Source: an uncultured Candidatus Babeliaceae bacterium (lineage in GTDB: Bacteria > Babelota > Babeliae > Babelales > Babelaceae). Taken from it: a stretch of DNA of 64,000 nucleotides. The stretch spans positions 672,001 to 736,000 of the forward strand of contig OY969927.1 of NCBI GenBank assembly GCA_963704655.1. Reading direction: 5' to 3'. A program made the translations under genes and the position numbers. Below are positions 58,727-64,000 of this stretch, in pieces. Position 1 is the first letter of the stretch. Each line of letters opens with the position of its first letter. A model generated the notes under the pieces. The model did not search any database, was not told the origin of the DNA, and saw only the letters and a list, made by a program, of their open reading frames with translations.

Positions 58727-59915
58727 AAAAATTTCTACCTATTTAACTATTACAGTAAGCGTGTTCATGCTTTTAAGCGCCTGCAGAAACAAAAAAGTAA
58801 AATTAACCATTCAAGCACCTCAAGCTATGCCGGAATTTTTTGATATGCGCCCAACGACAGAACATATTTCATATCTGTATGCTCCGGGCATGATGAACAC
58901 CGAGCTTGGCATGGGTAGATATTGCCCAGAATTTACGGCCTCTACCGGTGAAAAAGTCACGTGGAGATCGGGCGGACAGGTTATCGGCCAACCACACAGC
59001 GCGGTGGTATTTCCAGAGATCGATCTCAGAAAACCAGATTATTTCACAATAAATCCGATTATGATGCTTATTAATGGCATGCGCCAAGATCTTGCACCTT
59101 TGGCTTTACGCTTTATGAAAGATGGCCTTGATTTTACCGTTATTGATAATCCAGATTCACCATTATCAATAGCAAATTATAGCTTCAATTTTGGCAAGGC
59201 AAACTTAGGCCAAAAAAACGACATTAAAACATTACATAAAGCCTATAACAATCATATAGAACGATACCCAAATACCGGCGTTATTATGTATGGCGATTCG
59301 CGCGGCGCAGCAACTATTTTTAATTTTATCGCGCTCCATAAGCCACAACAGGTAAAAGCTGCAGTTCTAGACGGTATTTTTGACAATATCCCGCACACGG
59401 TGAAACATTTTGCGTATACCGATAAACGCGCATGTGAAGAAGACAGACTCTACAGCATCGTACGCTTTATGATGGGAAGCTACAAACATGATGGCATTAA
59501 TCAACGTGAATGCGCAGAGATTATTGCAGATGATATCCCGCTTTTAATGGTAATATCACTCAAAGACGGCCTTGTGGCACCACAATCTGCCTTTTATTTA
59601 TATAACAGACTCCGTGACCGTGGCCACCAAAAAATTCATTTACTTGTCTTAAAAAGAGCATTGCACCCAGCGTATATGATCACTGACGCACAGGATAAAA
59701 AAGTCTATGAAACAGTTGTGCACGCATTTTACAAAAAGTATAACTTGCCGCACAATACTGCACTGGCTTTAGAGGGACAAAAAGACTTTGATGCTACCCA
59801 GCCAACAGCAGAGTATCTTCAAGTTACCTATAATTTGCCAACTTGTGCATTATGCGATGCAACTCAGCCAGAAAAAGTAAACGGCAAAAAGATTAAAAGA
59901 ACCATAAAAAAATAA
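58719..59915 (+). CDS. Lipoprotein alpha/beta hydrolase
   Basis: Lipobox LLSAC; nucleophile elbow GDSRG; KDGLV Asp; ALH His. Confidence 0.75.
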   Translation: MHKKISTYLTITVSVFMLLSACRNKKVKLTIQAPQAMPEFFDMRPTTEHISYLYAPGMMNTELGMGRYCPEFTASTGEKVTWRSGGQVIGQPHSAVVFPEIDLRKPDYFTINPIMMLINGMRQDLAPLALRFMKDGLDFTVIDNPDSPLSIANYSFNFGKANLGQKNDIKTLHKAYNNHIERYPNTGVIMYGDSRGAATIFNFIALHKPQQVKAAVLDGIFDNIPHTVKHFAYTDKRACEEDRLYSIVRFMMGSYKHDGINQRECAEIIADDIPLLMVISLKDGLVAPQSAFYLYNRLRDRGHQKIHLLVLKRALHPAYMITDAQDKKVYETVVHAFYKKYNLPHNTALALEGQKDFDATQPTAEYLQVTYNLPTCALCDATQPEKVNGKKIKRTIKK

Positions 59916-59930
59916 ATCTAAAGGGACATT

Positions 59931-60503
59931 ATGAATTTCAAATATTTTTTTGCATTATCTTTTTTCGTTTTACCTCAAGCAGTAACACTTGAAATAGAAA
60001 AAACAGATATCACAGAAGAATTCTGTTGCGTAACTCAAACACCAGATACAATCTGCGCTCAACTTCAAGTATTTCTTCAAATAAGTCGTTTCACTGACAA
60101 CAAAAAAATCTTCAAACAGGAAGTCCAAATTAAACGTAAAAATGATCAAAAAGAAATTGGTACTATATCCTTTGAGCAACAAAAATTCGAGAAAACAGAT
60201 CCCGACTATCCCGACTATATCCTTAAAATACGCGAGCTTGAGGTCGAACCTGGATCTCAAAAACAAGGCTATGGCAGTAAATTGTTAAATTATACTCTTT
60301 CTCAATATTGTGGCTCGACATGCGATGGTGCATATTTAGTCGCCCATGCTTTTAGGGCACCTGAAAGTCAAAGAATAGTGGAACTTGAAAAACTAAAAAA
60401 ATTCTACAAAAAACACGGTGGCGAAGAACTCCCTGTACCTTCACGCGAAATACCTAGAGATGACCCAACAAGGGCTAAATTTGCATTTAAAGAAAAAAAA
60501 TAA
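59931..60503 (+). CDS. Secreted GNAT acetyltransferase 7
   Basis: Signal peptide; DITEEFCCVTQTPDTIC; QKQGYGSKLL; LKKFYKKHGG. Confidence 0.8.
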   Translation: MNFKYFFALSFFVLPQAVTLEIEKTDITEEFCCVTQTPDTICAQLQVFLQISRFTDNKKIFKQEVQIKRKNDQKEIGTISFEQQKFEKTDPDYPDYILKIRELEVEPGSQKQGYGSKLLNYTLSQYCGSTCDGAYLVAHAFRAPESQRIVELEKLKKFYKKHGGEELPVPSREIPRDDPTRAKFAFKEKK

Positions 60504-60831
60504 CAGCTAGAATTGTAAAGTACGAAAACGCTAAAATCCAGCGGACCCACTTGTCTTCGCGCAAAAGTTTATTAAAATAGTTTGCAGAGACAAGCATAAT
60601 AATAATTGTGCCATAAAAAAATGGCGTAGTTACGCCGTAAAATACGGCTTGCATAACAACAAAAAAAGCTGAAACCACCCTAACAATTCGTGGCGAGAAA
60701 AAGCTCACATGATACGCAAATATAAAGGGCGTAGTTACCGACAATAATCTTCCTGCTAACCCATTCAGGATTATATCAAAAAAAATTGCGCCAATAATAA
60801 TAAGTAATTGATTAATTATTTTCATAAACAT
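60487..60831 (-). CDS. Small multi-pass membrane protein (possibly MreD-like)
   Basis: About 4 TM helices; no decisive motif. Confidence 0.45.
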   Translation of the reverse strand: MFMKIINQLLIIIGAIFFDIILNGLAGRLLSVTTPFIFAYHVSFFSPRIVRVVSAFFVVMQAVFYGVTTPFFYGTIIIMLVSANYFNKLLREDKWVRWILAFSYFTILAVIFFL

Positions 60832-60847
60832 AGTGAATTAAAATTCG

Positions 60848-60920
60848 CGCTAACCCTTCGACTGGCTCAGGATGAGCGAGCCTTTAGCATCGAGCTTGAC
60901 GAGATGTCAGGATGAGCGGC
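60848..60920 (-). repeat. Tandem family-A REP units
   Basis: cgctaacccttcgactggctcaggatgagcg plus a second degenerate tcaggatgagcgg. Confidence 0.8.
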
Positions 60921-60971
60921 GTGTTAAAGTTAATTGTGGTTAGTAACTATAAATGTGAGTATACTAATAGT

Positions 60972-62906
60972 ATGCATATTTTTAAAGTTATTATTTATTA
61001 TACTCTTATTGGCAGCTGTTTTTTAGCCGGTATACTCGCCTATCTTTTTACCCATGTCACCATAGATTTTTCAACACTAGAAAATTACGACCCGGGCAAA
61101 TATTCTATTGTGCTTGATGATACCGGTAATGAATTAACACGCTTTCAGCTTGATAGACGCGAGCCAGTGCCGCTTGAAAGTTTATCACCCAATTTAATTC
61201 AAGCTTTTCTTGCTGCAGAAGATCAAAACTTTTTTTTACATCATGGCATATCATTAAAGGGCATGCTTCGTTCATTTATTGCCAATTTTACGCGCGGCAA
61301 AATTGTACAAGGGGCAAGCACTATAACACAACAGCTTATCAAGCTTCTTTTTTTAGATAATAGACGCACCTTTGAAAGAAAATTTAAAGAGCTCTTTCTT
61401 GCGCTTATTGCTGAACATCAATTTAGCAAAGAGCAAATTTTACAAACCTATCTTAACCATATTTATCTTGGCTGCGGCATTTATGGCGTTGAAGCAGCAA
61501 GCCAGCGTTTTTGGAATACATCGTGCGGAAACTTAACTATTTCACAAGCGGCAACCCTTGCAGGGATTGTTCAGTCCCCCGAACGATTTTGCCCTCTTAC
61601 ACACCCAGACCAGGCTCTTAGAAGACGAAATGTTATACTCTGGCGCATGCTTAACCAAAAGAAAATAACCAAACAAGAATATAGCCAAGCCAAAGAAGAA
61701 CCCCTTAATCTTCAAGATGCAACAGCCGGCTGCTGTGCACCCCATGTAAAACAGATGATTGCGCAAGCAGTAGAAAATCTTGTTGAAAAAAAAGAGTTAT
61801 ATAGCGGTGGGCTAGTGATTCAAACAACTATCTCAAGCATGCTACAAAAAAAGAGTGCTAAAATATTTACTAAGCACCTTAAACATAATCAAAAATCAAC
61901 CGACGTTCTGCTTGATGGCGGCTTAGTTCTTATCGAAGGCAGCAGTGGCAAAATAAAGGTTTTAATCGGTGGAAATAACTTTAACGAATCACAGTTTAAC
62001 CGCGTGACCCAAGCGCGCCGACAACTTGGCTCGATATTTAAACCGCTCATTTTTGCAACCGCAATTGACCACGGTGCCCGCATGGACGACATCTGCAATG
62101 ACGACCCTATAACTATCGAATTTAATAATACTCTCTGGAGTCCACAAAATTATAATCACAAATTTGTTGGCCCGGTTACCCGCGCATATGGCCTGTATCG
62201 CTCGCTGAATACTATTGCGATTCAAACACTGTATACTGCCGGCATACAAAACACTATTCATGCAGCGCATGCCTGTGGCATAACCCAAGAAATGGCACCC
62301 TATCCTTCACTTGCTTTAGGTTGTGTCGATGCAACGTTATTGCAAGCAGTAAGCATGTTTAATTGCTTTGCACAGCAAGGCAAATATTATGAACCCTATT
62401 ATATTGAGTGGATAAAGAATAGCCAGGGTAAAAAGATATATAAACACACCCCAGCTGAACATCAGGCTCTGAGTTGGCTCTCAACAAGTCAGGTATCAGC
62501 GGCTCTTGCAACCCGCATGACCCAATTGCAAAAAAAACACCCTGCAGGAAGCCCTATTACTGCATTTAAACCGGGAACACTGATCGGAAAAAGTGGAACA
62601 ACCAATGATGCGCGTAACTGCTTTTTTGTGGGAGCAACGCCACGTTATACGGCTGCTGCATTTTATGGCAATGATAATAATCTTGCAATGGGCGACAGCA
62701 TTTTTGCCTCACAAACAGTTATGCCACTTGTTATTGAAGTTCTTAAAAAGACAGAACCTTCCCCAAACGATCGCTTTATGTATCACCCTGATTTACAATC
62801 AGTTATTATTGATGAATTTACTGGTCAACCAAAGAAAGATCTTCAAGATCCTCATGCCATTGAAATTTTAGTTCCAAGAGGGAGACTGAATGAAAAAAAT
62901 ATTTAA
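60972..62906 (+). CDS. Class A penicillin-binding protein (PBP1A family)
   Basis: AEDQNFFLHHG, GASTITQQL, ERKFKE; SIFK, SLN, KSGTT. Confidence 0.94.
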   Translation: MHIFKVIIYYTLIGSCFLAGILAYLFTHVTIDFSTLENYDPGKYSIVLDDTGNELTRFQLDRREPVPLESLSPNLIQAFLAAEDQNFFLHHGISLKGMLRSFIANFTRGKIVQGASTITQQLIKLLFLDNRRTFERKFKELFLALIAEHQFSKEQILQTYLNHIYLGCGIYGVEAASQRFWNTSCGNLTISQAATLAGIVQSPERFCPLTHPDQALRRRNVILWRMLNQKKITKQEYSQAKEEPLNLQDATAGCCAPHVKQMIAQAVENLVEKKELYSGGLVIQTTISSMLQKKSAKIFTKHLKHNQKSTDVLLDGGLVLIEGSSGKIKVLIGGNNFNESQFNRVTQARRQLGSIFKPLIFATAIDHGARMDDICNDDPITIEFNNTLWSPQNYNHKFVGPVTRAYGLYRSLNTIAIQTLYTAGIQNTIHAAHACGITQEMAPYPSLALGCVDATLLQAVSMFNCFAQQGKYYEPYYIEWIKNSQGKKIYKHTPAEHQALSWLSTSQVSAALATRMTQLQKKHPAGSPITAFKPGTLIGKSGTTNDARNCFFVGATPRYTAAAFYGNDNNLAMGDSIFASQTVMPLVIEVLKKTEPSPNDRFMYHPDLQSVIIDEFTGQPKKDLQDPHAIEILVPRGRLNEKNI

Positions 62907-63297
62907 CATTGCAATTCTCATGTTTTTTGTGACTTTAAACGTAAATAAACTTAACGCACCTCTTGATGATGATGAAAAGAAGGTACTCCAAGAAAAAAAC
63001 TGGCAAATAACCCGCATATGGGGACCTGGAGCCGGTCAGAAAATAAGTCTATTTCAACTCAGCCAAGATATTGAAAAATCACCAGAAGATTTAGGATTGC
63101 GTATAAATAGAATGTATCATGCAAAAAATGCACTAGATTTAAAATCTATCACAGCTTCCACGGACCCTTCTACTCACGTGCTTGAGAAAATTGTGCATGA
63201 AGATGCCAATTTTGTCATTTTGCATATCGATCCGACCGGGCCAGTCAACTGTTATTGGTTAACCGAAGCACGCGAAATTATATCCAAAATAAAATAA
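62890..63297 (+). CDS. Secreted hypothetical protein
   Basis: GGGAG RBS; MKKIFNIAILMFFV signal peptide. Confidence 0.6.
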   Translation: MKKIFNIAILMFFVTLNVNKLNAPLDDDEKKVLQEKNWQITRIWGPGAGQKISLFQLSQDIEKSPEDLGLRINRMYHAKNALDLKSITASTDPSTHVLEKIVHEDANFVILHIDPTGPVNCYWLTEAREIISKIK

Positions 63298-63338
63298 AAA
63301 ATCGAGAGGACTTCCCGATTGAGACCCAGCGCAAAGCG

Positions 63339-64000
63339 CTATGTCGACATAGTAGAGGACGTGAGTAAAGAAAGAATATTTTCAATATTTTTGTCTGCAT
63401 CAGCTTGGCAAACCATAAAAAATTGTTGCGGCTTTTGTGCGCACAGCGCTTGGGCATTATGTAGCTGATGATCTGTTGAAGATGTCTCTAATGGAATAAT
63501 ACACGTGGGAACATTCATATATTCAAGCTCCCAGAGTGTCCCGGCGCCCGCACGGCAAATCACTAAATCTGCAGCGCTATAAAGCAATTCAATTTCAGAA
63601 TAATAATCAACAACAAAAGCTTGATACTTGTTTTCAGCATACCACGCTGCAAGACGCGACGCGTCTGCAGAACCAGCCTGATGAATAACTTGAATTTCAT
63701 GCGGTGAAAAACGTGTAACAATACGTAATGCAAAATCGTTAATAAATTGCGAGCCCTGCGAACCGCCTAAAAAACAGATCGTCTTTTTTGCTGGGGAAAG
63801 TCCCAGTTGCTTACGCGCAGAATAACTGTCTATTACTGAAAATTCACGCACCGGATATGGCTTATAATATAATGCTTTATGTTCTAGATGCTGTAAGGTT
63901 GTTTTATAACAATAAAATACTTTGCTGCTTAAGGGCGCCAAAAACTTCACCGCATCGCCCGGAATTGCATTAAGTTCAAAAAGTTCACAGGGGATTCTGA
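63339..64000 (-). CDS. murG: MurG glycosyltransferase (5' part lies outside the window)
   Basis: ELNAIPG, PVR, LGGSQGS, HQAG, ICRAGAGT..E, DHQ..NA. Confidence 0.92.
   Translation of the reverse strand, partial: RIPCELFELNAIPGDAVKFLAPLSSKVFYCYKTTLQHLEHKALYYKPYPVREFSVIDSYSARKQLGLSPAKKTICFLGGSQGSQFINDFALRIVTRFSPHEIQVIHQAGSADASRLAAWYAENKYQAFVVDYYSEIELLYSAADLVICRAGAGTLWELEYMNVPTCIIPLETSSTDHQLHNAQALCAQKPQQFFMVCQADADKNIENILSLLTSSTMST

Noticed and set aside
9610-60920. Family-A repeats as a CRISPR array or integron attC sites
   Set aside because: Dispersed, no regular spacers, no cas or intI gene, no GTTRRRY/RYYYAAC ends.
63298-63352. Palindromes at the murG end (agcgcaaagcgct, ctatgtcgacatag) and a possible PBP1A remnant
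   Set aside because: Short, and no convincing alignment to the PBP1A 3' end.
172-63973. Many 60-160 aa antisense or alternate-frame ORFs nested in long genes
   Set aside because: No motifs or RBS, and they overlap confidently assigned genes.

Overview
AT-rich bacterial chromosome segment with no prophage, CRISPR array, integrase or transposase. Gene content suggests an intracellular, protist-associated diderm bacterium, most likely Dependentiae/Babelota (TM6); this is inference. The housekeeping backbone is topA, metG, potABCD, a TamA/BamA-family Omp85, gltX, rpsU, rbfA, prepilin peptidase and pilin, a FolC-like protein, atpB with a four-hairpin c subunit, cysK, ldh, mtaD, glpQ, uppS, rnpB, PBP1A and a partial murG. 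It is interleaved with many signal-peptide-bearing, effector-like genes (WD40, F-box, J-domain, seven GNATs, HADs) and dispersed palindromic REP-like repeats. Two observations stand out. (1) Six clear loci and one weaker locus (metG, potA, tamA, cysK, glpQ, uppS; atpE weaker) have the layout [intact gene][co-oriented cargo][second copy of that gene's last 14-240 nt]. At metG, cysK and tamA the two copies differ almost only at synonymous sites. This points to a recurrent, integrase-free '3'-end swap' route of gene acquisition. (2) Two tandem J-domain proteins carry a Sec signal peptide followed by what looks like a eukaryotic mitochondrial presequence with an MPP-type cleavage motif, making them candidate effectors aimed at host mitochondrial Hsp70.
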